The notes under the pieces are model-generated. The model searched no databases, was not told the DNA's origin, and saw nothing but the letters and a program-made list of their open reading frames with translations. Below, one piece after another: positions 11,445 through 24,465 of a DNA stretch of 60,000 bases; positions within the stretch are counted from its first letter, which is position 1; each line of letters opens with the position of its first letter. Made by a program: the position numbers and the translations under genes. Origin of the DNA: Squalus acanthias (Eukaryota); assembly GCA_030390025.1 (NCBI GenBank), contig CM059432.1, positions 127,660,001-127,720,000 on the forward strand. The letters are read 5' to 3'.

Positions 11445-11870
11445 AGCCTTCCGGACTCAATATCGAGTTCAACAATTTCAGATCATACCCTCGGCCCCTA
11501 CCATATTTATATATTTTTTATCCACACTTTTGTTTGTGCCTTTTCTTTTTTTCTCTCTCCCACATGGCAGCTGTCTTTCATTCTGCCAGCGCATTTCACA
11601 CTTCATCTAGAGCCATCTTTTGTTTCTTAACCTGTCCTATTACCATCTCATCTCGCCTTGAATATCTCTTAATGTCTCTTTACTTCTCACAAACCTTCCC
11701 TTTTGTTCTTTTATTCCCTCCCCCAGCCCCCAAACTTGCTTTTTCATCTGTTTCATTTCCTGCTTTTTTCTCAGTTCTGACGAAGGGTCTCAGACCTGAA
11801 ACGTTAACTGTTTCTCTCTCCACGGATGTTGCCTGGTCTGCTGAGTTTTTCCAGCGCTTTCTGTTGTTAT
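11445..11870 (+). mobile_element. Penelope-like element 3' end (endonuclease C-terminus plus pLTR, family A)
   Basis: cagccttccggactcaatatcgagttcaacaatttcaga-like sequence encodes PSGLNIEFNNFR, followed by a pyrimidine-rich spacer and the hammerhead-bearing terminus. Confidence 0.8.
11772..11810 (+). ncRNA. Minimal hammerhead ribozyme motif (family A)
   Basis: CAGUU-CUGACGA-A-GGGUC UCA GACCU-GAAA-CG-UU-AACUG, with a perfect 5-bp helix I (CAGUU/AACUG). Confidence 0.75.
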
Positions 11871-12129
11871 TTAAATAGAAGCTTTGTTCCTTTGAATGAA
11901 GAAACCTGCTTTGTTCCATTGTGAAGATTTGTTTTCTCAATGCACAAGTGTGAATTGTTTACTCGATCTGTGCATGACGTACAGTTGAGTTTGTCCAAGA
12001 ACCTCTCCAACAGGAAGGTAAAAATCTTGGCTTTTGACACCCAAGGAGTTAACAGCAGGGATTGGGAAACAATGCAATTCTTTTGTATCTGGTTGTCTAA
12101 ACCAAACAAGTGTTCTGAGAGTAGCGAGC

Positions 12130-13497
12130 TCAGACTGGGAGGTGGTTTGCAGTGGTGTTCCCCAAGGGTCAGTTTTGGGTCCATTACTCTTTTAAATTTT
12201 TATAAATGACCTATACTCAGGTGTAGGGAGCAGCATTATAAAGCTTGCAGATGTCACAAAACTTGACATCGTAATGGATAGTGATGAGGATAGTTGTAGA
12301 CTTCAGGATGACATAGACAGGATGGTGAAATGGGCAGAAGCATGGTAGATGGAGTTCAATGCAGAGAAGTGTGAAGTGATGCACTTTAGGAGGACTGATA
12401 TGGAAAGACAGTATACTATAAATGGCATGTTTTTGAAAAGTGTAGATGAGCAGAGAGACCGTGTTTTCCAGGAAACTCTTTCGTATCCGGCACCAACGGG
12501 ACCGGGATGGTGTCGGTTGATTAAAAATTCCGGATAACGGAGAGGTATATCTACCGAGGCTATTTTTAACAAACAAAAATAAAAAAATAAAGAAATGTGC
12601 AGTATACTTGGGTACTCCCCTACAGAATGTTGTGTTAAATGGATAGTGGAAGATGCTTGATTAAGTACAGTAATGCCAGTTGAGGGTAATCCATAACTCT
12701 TTAATTACTTAACAGTAAAACAAAACTTATAAACGACTGTATACTGTAGTTTTCGGAGTATGAATTATGCCGGTTATTAGAGAATTCCGGATATTTAGGT
12801 GCCGTTTAAACGAGAGTATCCTGTACATCTTTAAAAGGTGGCAGGGCAAGTTGATAATGATGTAAAAAGCATATGGGTTACTTGGGTTTATAAATAGAGG
12901 GATAGACTATAAAAGCAAAGAGATCATGCTAGAACTTTATAAATCGCTGGTTAGGCCTCAGCTGGAGTATTGGGGACAATTCTGGGCACCACACTTCAGG
13001 AAAGATGTACAGGGTACTTAGAAAGGGTACAGGGGAGTTTTACCAGGATGTTACATGGGATGAGGGACTTCAGTTATGAGGAGAGGTTGGAAAAGCTAGG
13101 ACTGTTCTCCTTGGAACAGAGAAGGTTAAGAAGTGACCTAATAGAGGTTTTCAAGATGATGAAAGGTTTTGTAGAATAGATAGAGAAAAACTGGATCAAT
13201 AACCAGAGGTGATAGATTTAAAATCATTGGCAAAAGAACTAAACAGGAGATGAGGAGAATTTTTTTCACTCCGGGAGTTGTCAGGATCTGGAACGCTCTG
13301 CCTGAAAAGGTGGTGGAAGCTGATTCCATAAATAATTTTAAAAGGGGGTTGGACAGGTACTTGAGGATGAGGAACTTACAGGGGTACGGACAAAAAACGT
13401 GGGAGAGGGACGAAGCACAACTGCTCTTTCAAAAAGCCAACACAGGCACGACGGACCAAATGGCCTCCTTCTGTGCTGTAAGTTTCTATGATTATTA
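12130..13497 (+). mobile_element. CR1 LINE fragment, decayed, interrupted by a MITE
   Basis: Remnant peptides MEFNAEKCEVMHF, LERVQGSFTRML..RRLRSDLIEVFK and FFTPGVVRIWNALP. Tail ttctatgatt. Confidence 0.9.
12469..12823. mobile_element. pogo/Tigger-type MITE
   Basis: TIRs caggaaactctttcgtatccggcacc / ggtgccgtttaaacgagagtatcctg followed by TA. Same ends as the element at 55696-55993. Confidence 0.8.
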
Positions 13498-14134
13498 TTT
13501 ATGTGTAATTACCTGTAGCTGCTTTAGTTTGTAAACTCCTGGACTGTGTGGCAACATCGACCATTTCAAGTACAATTTAGCAGTGTGGTATAAAACGATG
13601 TAAAATCACTGCAAGTGGGGTAATTGTTGGCCCTTTGATACACATCCCAGAGGACTGAGTATAGAATAGGCTCATCCCCGGAACCATAGTTAAACTGGCA
13701 AGAGAGAAGTCAGTACCCAACATTCCTCAAAATTGGCAATCTCATGTTCAACATTGACATTTATAAGATCTCAGAATAGTGTGTCCCTTCTTTATTTATT
13801 TTATATCAGTTCAGATCTGATGCATGGCAGATGTAACGCATACTCCCAAAGCACATCAATGATGGAGTTAAAACAGTAGGGCCACTATCTCTTCCTACCT
13901 CAGCTGCAGCAATTTCTGCCCTCATGCAAACTTATCTGCTCATGAAAGTACTTTTGTGTATTTAAAAGTTATATGTTACTTCATTCATATTCTAATGTCC
14001 ATTCAGTCCCACAAGTGGAGAAACCAAGTCATCTTTCTGATTACAGAAGTGGTAGGGAAGGATTCAAGAGGGTGGAATAGATATTTACATGCCTGGGTTT
14101 TTGGAGGGGTTACAGCTAGTTGGTGGATTGATTG

Positions 14135-15206
14135 AAGCCCAGCAGATATTGTGTATCTAGATTTTCAAAAGACCTTTGAAAAGTGCCACACAAAAAGCTG
14201 CTAAGTAAGAATGCATCTTGAGGGATTGATGGGCACATCTAAGATTGGATAGAGAATTGCATTTGCGTAGTCGGGAAGTAGTTATGAATGGTAGTAGTCA
14301 AGCATGGGGGCTGGTCAGTGGTGGAGTCCTGCAGTCAACATCATGAGGTTTGTTGCTGTTCATCTTTATTAATAATTTAGATAAGGGTATCAGAGGGACG
14401 GTTCACAAGTTTGCAGAAGTTAGATAAGAGTGGGAATTGAGATCTTAGATTTAAAAAAATAATCGTCAGGCAGAGTTAGACACACTAGGGGAACGGGCCT
14501 ATATGTGACAGATGTCTTTCAATATAGACAAGTGCACCATGATGTATTCTGGGCTGGGGCAATTCCAGGCATTTATAGACTATGAAGGGCTGCGTGCTCA
14601 AAGCTGCTGAGTGGGAGAATGACCTGAGGGTTATGGTTCAGGAGTCATTGAACATCCATGATCAATGGCACAATGCTGTTGCAAAAGCAAATAGTACAAT
14701 TAGGTGATAGGATGCACAGTAGGCCAATTAAATATAAAACTAGGAGGTACACTTCTTTGTACAAGGCTGCATGACATTTTAGTCCCCTCGCATGGTAGAG
14801 ATATCAAAGTCCTGGAAAAGGTTCAGAAGAGGGCCACTAGGTTGATACCTAGTTATCAGGACAGGCTTAGAGAGTTGGAATGTTTTACTCTGGATGACAG
14901 GCAGCACAATGAACTGCTTGAATTATTCAATACTTCAATCTCAAATCCCTAGTATTTTTATTGCAACAAGTGAGTTAGACTTTGAGCAAAATATGATTAT
15001 AATCTTTAAAATAATGAAGTAATTAGTTTCTGTCTATGTAGATAGCTTATATGAGCTAGATAAGTGGAGGAGCACTGGGGGGCATCAGTACAAGCTGCGA
15101 AAACAGAGCCAGGTTAGGTGCCAGGAAATACTTCATTTTGCAAAGTCACTGGTCTCTGGAATAGGTTGTCAGTACATGTGCCGAATGTGGATTCACTGCA
15201 GATCTT
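14135..15206 (+). mobile_element. Old CR1 LINE, continuing at ~16901-17175 after a nested insertion
   Basis: Decayed VYLDFQK.F.KVPH, HKFA and KVLEKVQKRATRLIP motifs. The sequence resumes as tcttcaaagggaactg after the younger CR1. Confidence 0.75.
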
Positions 15207-16900
15207 AACATAAGAACATAAGAAATAGGAGCAGGAGTAGGCAATTCGGCCCTTCGAGCCTGCGCCGCCATTCAATGAGATCATGGCTGATCTTCTGCCT
15301 CAACTCCATTCACCGGCCCTATCGCCATATCCCTTGATGCCTTTACTAGTCAGAAATCTATCAACTTCTGTTTTGAATATACCCAATGACTGAGCCTCCA
15401 CAGCCCTCTGGGGTAGAGAATTCCAAAGATTCACCACCCTCTGTGTGAAGAAATTTCTTCTCATCTTAGTCCTTTCCTTTATCCTAAGGTTTTGGCCCCT
15501 GGTTCTAGACTCCCCAGCCAAGGGAAACATTCTCCCAGCATCCATCCCATCAAGCCCTGTAATAATTTTGTATGCTTCAATGAGATCCCCTCTCATTCTT
15601 CTGAATTCAAGAGAATACAGGCCTAGTTTACTCAATCTCTTCTCATACGACAGTCCCGCCATCCCAGGAATCAATCTCGTGAACCTTCGTTGCACTCCCT
15701 CTATGGCAAGTATATCCTTCCTTAGGTAAGGAGACCAAAATTGTACACAGTACTCCAGGTGTGGTCTCACCAAGGCCCTATATAATTGGAGTAAGACTTC
15801 CTTACTCCTGTACTCAAATCCTCTTGTAATGAAGGCCAGCATACCATTTGCCTTCCTAATGGCTTACTGTACCTGCACATTCAATTTCAGTGACTCATGT
15901 ACAAGGACACCCAGATCCCTTTGAGCATCTGCATTCCCCAATCTTTCACCATTTAGGAAATACTCTGCCTTTCTGTTTTTTCTACCAAAGTGGATAACTT
16001 CACATTTATCAACATTATATTCCATCTGCCATGTTCTCGCCCACTCATTGAGCCTGTCGAGATCCCCTTGAAGCCTCTTCACAACTGACACTGCCACCTA
16101 GCTTTGTATCATCAGCAAATTTGGAAATGTTACATTTAGTCCCCTCATCCAAATCATTGATATAGGTTGTGAATAGCTGGGGCCCAAGCACCGATCCTTG
16201 CGGTACCCCACTAGTCACAGCCTGCCATCCTGAAAAAGACCCGTTTATCCCTACTCTTTGTTTTCTGTCTGTTAACCAATTCTCAATCCATGCTAGTATA
16301 TTACCCCCAATTCCATGTGCCCTAATTTTGCTCACCAACCTCTTGTGTGGGACCTTATCGAAGGCCTTCTGAAAATCCAGATACACCACATCTACCGGTT
16401 CCCCTTTGTCTACTCCACTAGTTACATCCACAAAGAACTCCAATAGGTTTGTCAAACAGGATTTCCCTTTCATAAATCTATGCTGACTCTGCCCAATCTT
16501 ACTATTAGTTTCTAAGTGACCAGTTATTGCATCCTTTATAATAGCCTCACATCAGTAGTTGAGAACAGGTCTGTAGTTCCCCATTTTCTCTCTCCCTCCT
16601 TTCTTAAAAAGCGGGGTTACATTTGCTATCCTCCAATCTGCAGGAACCATTCCAGAATCTATAGAATTTTGGAAGATGACAACCAATGCGTCCACTATCC
16701 CAAGGGCCACCTCTTTCAAAATCCTAGGATGTAGGTCATCCGGTCCTTGGGATTTATCGACTTTTAGTCCCATTAATTTTGCTAGTACTGTTTTTTTACT
16801 AATAATAATTTCTTTAAGTTCCTCATTCTCGCCACACCCTTGGTTTTCTCGTATTTCTGGGAGGTTTTTTGTGTCTTCCTCCGTGAAGACAGAAACAAAG
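15207..16900 (-). mobile_element. CR1 LINE (younger), nested in the older CR1
   Basis: ORFs 15300-16773 carry [38 protein letters not shown] and KFADDTKL. (ttcttatg)n tail at 15208-15225. Confidence 0.95.
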
Positions 16901-17544
16901 TCTTCAAAGGGAACTGAACAAGTTTCTGTGAGTGGAAGACATTGGGCTATAGAAGGTTGGTGGGTTAAATGGGACTGGTGGTACCAATCGTTGTAGACTC
17001 CTGGATATTATTTGATTGCCTTCAGGGGTTGGTCAGGATTTGCCCACAGTTTTATTTCTTAAGTTGACCTAAGGTTTTTTTGCCTCTCCTTTTGTGTGAC
17101 TTTAAGATTGACTGTGCATGTAGATTGCACAATATTGGGATTGGACAGATTAGATGCAATAGTTGGTATTTACTGTTCTTTTTCGTATGCTCGTAATTTA
17201 TAGACAGCAAATTGACCGGGTCTTATTAATGGTTAGAAATTGTAAATTTTCCCTTGGAAGGTTATTTCTTTCTAGATCCCCAGACGTATTGTGCATTAAA
17301 TTTTGGAATTCTTGGTTAAATCAATGACACTAGAATCCTTTTTATCGATACTTGCCTCTGCGTCAAAGTTAATCTTACTTTTCTAAATTATTTTACTTTC
17401 AGTGAACAAGGTAAGCACCAGCCAGTTGTACTCTGATGCAAACAATAAACTGTAACTTAACAAAAACACATTAAATGAAACTTAACAACTTAATTTAAAA
17501 TTTTGACCAGCCAGTTGTAAGTGACATGGGAGAATACATCAATA

Positions 17545-18886
17545 TAGATGTTATAGCAGGGTACTTAGAAAAGTTCAAAGTAATTAGGCAGAGTCAATAT
17601 GGTTTTGTGCAAGGGAAATCATGTTTAACCAATTTATTGGAGTTCTTTGAGGAAGTAACATGTGCTGTGGATAAAGGGAACCGGTGGATGTACTGTACTT
17701 AGATTTCCAGAAGGCATTTGATAAGGTGCCACATCAAAGGCTTTTGCAGAAAATAAAAGCTCATGGTGTAGGGGGTAACATATTGGCATGGATAGAAGAT
17801 TAACTAGCTAACAGGAAACAGAGTGTAGGCATAAATGGGTCATTTTCTGATTGGCAAGATGTAACGAGTGGTGTGCCACAGGGATCAGTGATGGGGCCTC
17901 AACTTTTTACAATTTATATAAATGACTTGGATGAAGGGACCGAAGGTATGGTTGCTAAATTTGCTGATGACACAAAGATAGGTAGGAAAGTAAATTGTGA
18001 AGAGGACATGAGGAGGCTACAAAGGGATATAGATAGGTTAAGTGAGTGGGCAAAGATCTGGCAAATGGAGTATAATGTGGGAAAATGTGAAGTTGTCCAT
18101 TTTGGCAGGAAGAATAAAAAAGAAGCATATTATCTAAATGGTGAGAGATTGCAGAGCTCTGAGATGCAGAGGGATCTGGGTGTCCTAGTGCATGAATCAC
18201 AAAAGGTTACTATACAGGTACAGCAAGTAATTAGGAAAGCTAATAGAATGTTATCGTTTATTGTGAGGGGAATTGAATACAAAAGTAGGAAGGTTATGCT
18301 TCAGTTATACAGGGCATTGGTGAGACCACATCTGGTGTACTGTGTACAGTATTGGTCTCCTTATTTAAGGAAGGATGTAAATGCATTGGAAGCAGTTCAG
18401 AGAAGGTTTACTAGACTAATACCTGGAATGGGCGGGTTTTCTTAGGAGGAAAGGTTGGACAGGCTAGACTTGTATCCGCTGGAGTTTAGAAGAGTAAGAG
18501 GTGACTTGATTGAAACATATAAGATCCTGAGGGGTCTGGACAGGGTGGATGTGGAGAGGATGTTTCCTCTTGTGGGAGAATCTAGAACTAGGGGTCACTG
18601 TTTAAAAATAAGGGGTCGCCCATTTAAGACAGAGATGAGGAGAAATCTTTTTTCTCAGAGGGTCATGAGTCTTTGGAGCCCTCTTCCTCAGAGGGCGGTG
18701 GAAGCAGAGTCTTTGAATATTTTTAAGGCAGAGGTAGATAGATTCTTGGTAAGCAAGGGGGTGAAAAGTTATCGGGGGTAGGCGAGAATGTGGAGTAATC
18801 GGATCAGCCATAATCTTATTGAATGGCAGAGCAGGCTCGAAGGGCCGAGTGGCCTAATCCTGCTCCTAATTCGTATGTTCGTATGT
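17545..18886 (+). mobile_element. CR1 LINE RT 3' half
   Basis: ORFs 17873-18445 and 18455-18781 are separated by an in-frame TAG. KFADD motif present; tail tcgtatgttcgtatgt. Confidence 0.95.
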
Positions 18887-19574
18887 AATATCTAATTATA
18901 TAGGACAAATGGCATGATATGTTTGGCTACAAAATATCATTATCCACTGACTGACTGTAATAGGGTCTAATTAAAATTCTGTATCAAACATATCGCAAAC
19001 CAATATTTCATCAAACACTACAGTATGAGACTTACACAAGATTGCAGGAAGGCTCATAGACTCCTCACATACCAACAGGTCCAATTGTACTGGATTATAA
19101 TATCTTATTAATAGGGGGAAAGTATCTGTAGAAGAGACAGTAATGAATTTTCCAGTACCCATACAGGCAGCACAATGAACTGCTTGAATTATTCAATACT
19201 TCAATCTCAAATCCCTAGTATTTTTATTGCAACAATTGAGGCTGAGAATGCAGCGCTTAACAAGGGATCAGGGAGTTTCCTATATAGAAATTGTAAAGGA
19301 TTCAAAGAGTACAAAGAACACAATATGCAGAGAGCAAAATTTAACATTCTTCTTCATTTGGTAAATACATGTAAATCAAAGCAGTACAATAAAATTGGAG
19401 GGAAACTGCCTTTTATTAAAGCACCCAGACTGCAGAAAAAAAATCCTACAAATTAACTGCACAGTAACAAGGAGAGTTTGCCATTTAAAGTTTGAATATT
19501 GTTTCTGGGCATAAATAGAGGAAAAAATATTGAAACCACTTAGATTACCAGGAGCTGATCATGTGATATTAACT

Positions 19575-20435
19575 AGGAGCACAGGAACAGGAGGAGGCCA
19601 TTCAGACCCTTGAGCCAGTTCCGCCATTCAATTATGATGTGGAGATGCCGGCGTTGGACTGGGGTGGACAAAAATGAGAAGTCGCACAACACCAGGTTAT
19701 AGTCCAACAGATTTATTTAATTTTACAAGCTTTCGAAGCAGTTCGCTCCTTCGTCAGGTAAGTTAGCAATGAGAGAATCTCCCAGATCTTTCAATTAGAT
19801 CATGGCTGATCAGTACTTCAACTCCAAAAGGTAGTGAAAATCTGGAACTCTGTCCCCCTAAAAAGCTGTTGAGTCTAGGTCAATTGAAAATTTCAAAACT
19901 GAAATAGGTACATTTTTGTTAGGTAAGGGTATTAAGGCATATGAAGGCTAACATTCCATTAGCCTTTTCAACTATTTTTTGTACCTGTCCACTAGCTTTT
20001 AGTGATTTCTGTATTTGGACCCCTAAATCTCTCTGCTCCTCCACAGTTCCTAGCTTCTCACTATTTAGAAAATACTCTGATCTATCTTTCTTAGGTCCAA
20101 AGTGAATGACCTCACTCTTCCCCACATTGACCTCCATCTGCCACAATTCTACTCACTCACTTAATCCATCAATGTCCCTTTGCAAATTTCTGCTCCCATC
20201 TACACTATTTACTGTGCCACCTAATTTGGTGTCGTCAGCAAACTTGGATATGCGGCTCTCTACTCCTTCATCTAAGTTATTGATAAATATAGTGAAAAGC
20301 TGAGGCCCCAGTACAGATCCCTGGGGGACACCAGTAGTCACATCCTGCCAATTGGAGTACATATCCATTAGCCCTACTCTGTCTTCTACCTCCTAACCAA
20401 TTCCCTACCCATGTCAATAGGTTGCCTTCAATTTC
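19575..20435 (-). mobile_element. Rearranged CR1 fragments (3' tail, short inverted piece, RT piece)
   Basis: [23 protein letters not shown] on the minus strand, with a short plus-oriented 3' piece at ~19826-19945. Confidence 0.8.
19635..19789 (-). mobile_element. Penelope-like pLTR (family B) inserted into a CR1 tail
   Basis: Homologous to 24549-24672. Flanked by direct repeat ttcaatta (19627-19634 / 19790-19797). Hammerhead motif at 19723-19761 on the minus strand. Confidence 0.75.
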
Positions 20436-20438
20436 ATG

Positions 20439-20523
20439 TACCTGAAGAAGGAGCGGAGCTCCGAAAGCTCGTAATTTTAAATAAAACTGTTGGACTATAA
20501 CCTGGTGTTGTGCGACTTCTCAT
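20439..20523 (+). mobile_element. Penelope-like pLTR fragment (family B) with hammerhead motif
   Basis: tacCTGAAGAaggagcggagctccGAAAgctcgta...ctgttggactataacctggtgttgtgcgacttctca. Confidence 0.75.
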
Positions 20524-23500
20524 CTTCCTCAGATAAGGAGACCAAAACTGTGCACAGTACACCAGGTGTGGGCTCACCAAAGCCCTGTACAATGGTAGCA
20601 AGACTTCCTTACTCTTGTACTCCAACCCCCTTGCAATAAAGGCCAACCTACCATTTGCCTTCCTAATTGCTTGCTGTACCTGCAGGCTAACTCTCTGTGT
20701 TTCCTGTACAAGGACACCTAAATCTCACTGAACACCAACATTTAATAATTTCTCACCATTTAAAAAATATTCTGTTTTTCTATTCTTCCTACCAAAGTGA
20801 ATAACCTCACATTTCCCCACGTTATACTCCATCTGCCACCTTATTGCCCACTCGCTTAACCTGTCTACATCCCTTTGCAGGCTCTTTGTGTCCTCCTCAC
20901 AGCTTACTTTCCCACCTAACTTTGTATCGTCAGCAAATATGAATACATTGCACTAGGTTCCTTCACCTAAATCATTAATATAAATCGTAAATAGCTGAGG
21001 CCCAAGCACTGATCCTTTGTGACACCCCACTAGTTACAGCCTGCCAATCTGAAAAATTACCCGTTTATCCCTACTCTCTATTAACCAATCCTCTATCCAT
21101 GCTAATATATCACCTCCAACCCCATGAGCCCTTACCTTGCGTAACAACCTATTATGTGGCACCTTATTGAATGCCTTTTGGAAATCCAATATATTTCATC
21201 CACTGGTTCCTTTATCTACCCTGCTAGTTAAATCCTCAAAAAGTCTAATAAATTTGTTAAACATGATTTTCCTTACATAAAACCATGTTGACTCTGCCTA
21301 ATCATATTATAATTTTCTAAATGCCCTGTTACCACTTCCGTAATAATTGATTCCAGCATTTTCCCTGACGACTGATGTCAGGCTAACTGGCCTGTAGTTC
21401 CCTGTTTTCTCTCTCCCTCCTTTCTTGAATAGCTGGGGTTACATTTGTTACCTCCCAATCTGCTGGGACCATTCTAGAATCTAGGGAATTTTGAAAGATC
21501 ACAACCAATGCATCCACTATCTCTGCAGCCACCTCCTTTAGAACCCTAGGATGTAGGCCATCAGGCCCAGGGGATTTGTCGGCTTTTAGTCCCATTAGTT
21601 TCGCAGGTACTTTTTTTCTACTGATTTTAATTACTTTAATTTCCTCACTCTCATTAGCCCCTTGGTTCCCCACCATTTTGGGTATGGTTTTTGCATCTTC
21701 TACTGTGAAGACAGCTACAAAATATTTGTTTATAGAGTCTCTGCCATCTCCTTACTCCACATTATAATTTCTCCTGTCTCAGCATCCAAGAGACCAATGC
21801 CTACTTTTGCTACTCTCTTCCTTTTTAAATACTTGTAGAAGCTCTTACTATCTGTTTTTATATTTCTTGCTAGTTTACTCTATTATATTTTTTCCCTTTT
21901 TATAAATATTTTGGTCATCCTTTGCTGGTTTCAAAAGCTCTCCCAATCCTCAGGTTTACTACTATTCTTCACATTAGAAGCCTCTTCTTTTAATCTAATA
22001 CTATCCTTAACTTTAGTTAGCCACGGATGGATCACTTTTTCCGTGAAGTTTTTATTTCTCAATGGAATGTATATTCGTTGAGAATTTTGGAATATTTCCT
22101 TAAATGTTTACCACTGCTTATCTACTATCATACCTTTTAATCTAATTTCCCAATCTACTTTAGCCAGCTTGCCCCTCATACCTATGTAATTGGCTTCATT
22201 TAAGTTTAAGATTCTAGTTTTGAATTTAAGTATTCCACTCTCAAACCCAATTGGAAATTCTATGATATTATGATCACTCTTCCCCAGAGGATCCTTTACT
22301 ATGAGATTACTAATTAACCGTGTCTCATTACACAATAAAAGATCTGAAATAGCTTGTCCGCTAGTTGGTTCCATGATGTATTGTTCTAGGAAACTGTCTT
22401 GAATGCATTCCATGAACTCGTCCTCCAGACAACCTTTGCCAATTTGATTTGACCAGTCTATATGAAGATGAAAGTCCCCCACAATTATTGCATTACCTTT
22501 GTTCCAAGCTCCTATTATTTGTTGATTATTAATCTATCCAATGGTATATAGCTACTGTTCGGGGGCCTATAAACTACTCCCACCAGTGTTTTCGGCCCCT
22601 TGTTATTTCTTATCTCCACCCATACTGATTCTACTTCCTGATCTTCCAAGCCAAGGTCCTTTCTCACTACTGTCCTTATGTCATTCTTTATCAGGGCTAC
22701 CCCCACCCCCCTTTCCATTCTGCCTGTCTTTTCAAAATGTCAAGTACCCTGGAATATTTAGTTCCCAACCATGGTCATCTTGCAACCACGTCTCTGTAAT
22801 GGTTATTAGATCAAACCCATTTATCTCTATTTGTGCCACTAATTCATCTATCTTGTTATGAATGCTTCATGCATTCAGATAAAGAGCCTTTAATTTTAAC
22901 TTTTTTACCATTATTCCCTGCTTTCACCTTATTCGCTGATGCACTATTACCGTTAAACTCTATCTCTTCCCGTCATACTCTGCTTATCTTTATCCAAATT
23001 GCTACACTGCTCCATTACCTTGATTTTTCTCTTCAGATTTCTAAATTTCCCCTCACCCCCCCCCCCCCTTTTAGTTTAAAGCCCTATCTACAGCCCTAGT
23101 TATTCGATTCGCCAGGACACTGGTCGCAGCCCAGTTTAAGTGGAGACTGTCCCAACAGAACAGCTCCCTCTTTCCCCAGTACTGGTGCTAGTGCCCCATG
23201 AATCAAAACCCCTTCCTCCCACACTCTTTGAGCCGCACATTTAACTCTGATCTGCTTGTCCCTGTGCCAATTTGCACGTGAGTCAGGTAACAATCCAGAA
23301 ATTATTACCTTTGAAGTTCTGCTTTTTAATTTGGACCCTAGCTCCCCAAACTCATTCCTAGTTCTATGTCGTTGGTTCCTAAATGGACCACAACAACTGG
23401 ATCTTCCCCCTCCCACTCCAAATTCTTCTCCAGCCATGAGGAGATATCCTTAACCCAGGTAACACAGCCTTCAGAACTCCCAGTCGTGGCTGAGAGAACA

Positions 23501-24440
23501 GTATCTATCCCCCTGACTATACTGTCCTCTACCACTACAACATTCCTTTTTACTCTCTTCCCCCCCCCCCCCCCAATGAATGTACCATGGTGCCGTGGTC
23601 AGCTTGCTCATCCACCCTGCAGACTCTGCCCTCATCTAAACAGGCAGCAAGAACCTCATACCTGTTGGACAAGGGCAAAGGCTGAGGCTCCTCCAGCACA
23701 GCACCTGGGGTCCCCTTACCTGCCTGAGTCACAGTCACACCCTCCTGTCCCTGACCACTAACCAGGCCTGTACCATTACATAACCTAAGGGGTGTGACTG
23801 CCTCCTGGATCAGTGTCCACGTAAGTCTCCCCCTCCCTGATGCCCCACAATGTCTGCACCTCAGACTCCAGCTCAACAACTCGGAGCTGAAGTTCCTTGA
23901 GATAGACACTTGCTGCAGATGTGGTTGTCCAGGATCATGCTGCTCTCCACAATTAACTTAGCTTATAGTTTAGTTTTTAACTAATTACTTGATCTAGTTT
24001 AAGGTTATAGATAGATTAAATTAAATATTTACCTGTAACACAAAGCACTACAAGTATTGGAGGCAAAAAGCAGCACCACCTCCTCCTTCCCCCTCTACTC
24101 CAAATTCCCACTCTCCAAATTCCCAACTTTAACACTGTCTGGAAGCACTGCATTTAAGACCACTCTGTGCATCAGCAGAAACTGGTTACTTTTATACTCC
24201 TTGGAGCCACACCCAAATTACAAGTGCTGCCACAGCTTCCTGCTCACAGTAATTAGCACCTATTCAAGACAAAGACTTCCAGCTGATTAAAAACTGTAGG
24301 TGCAGTTAACTGTCAAAGTTCTAAGTTAAATTCAAAATGTTAAACTAAATTTCACTTTTTACAGCTAGTTCTTGCCAGAGAATTCCCACTCTCTGCAAAT
24401 TCCCAACTTTAACACTCTGTTTAAGCCCAGTCTGTGCAGA
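20524..24440 (-). mobile_element. Long decayed CR1 LINE: 5' region, ORF1 (SGNH esterase-like), ORF2 endonuclease-RT
   Basis: ORF1 remnants LSNRYEVL, DSIVRGID and VVVVHLGTNDI. Endonuclease motifs ESVWVEI..GVVYRPP, MGDF and LGKSDHN; RT motif SPGPDGLHPRVLKE. May be a composite of more than one copy. Confidence 0.85.
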
Positions 24441-24465
24441 CCACTCTCTGCTTTTATCAATACTG

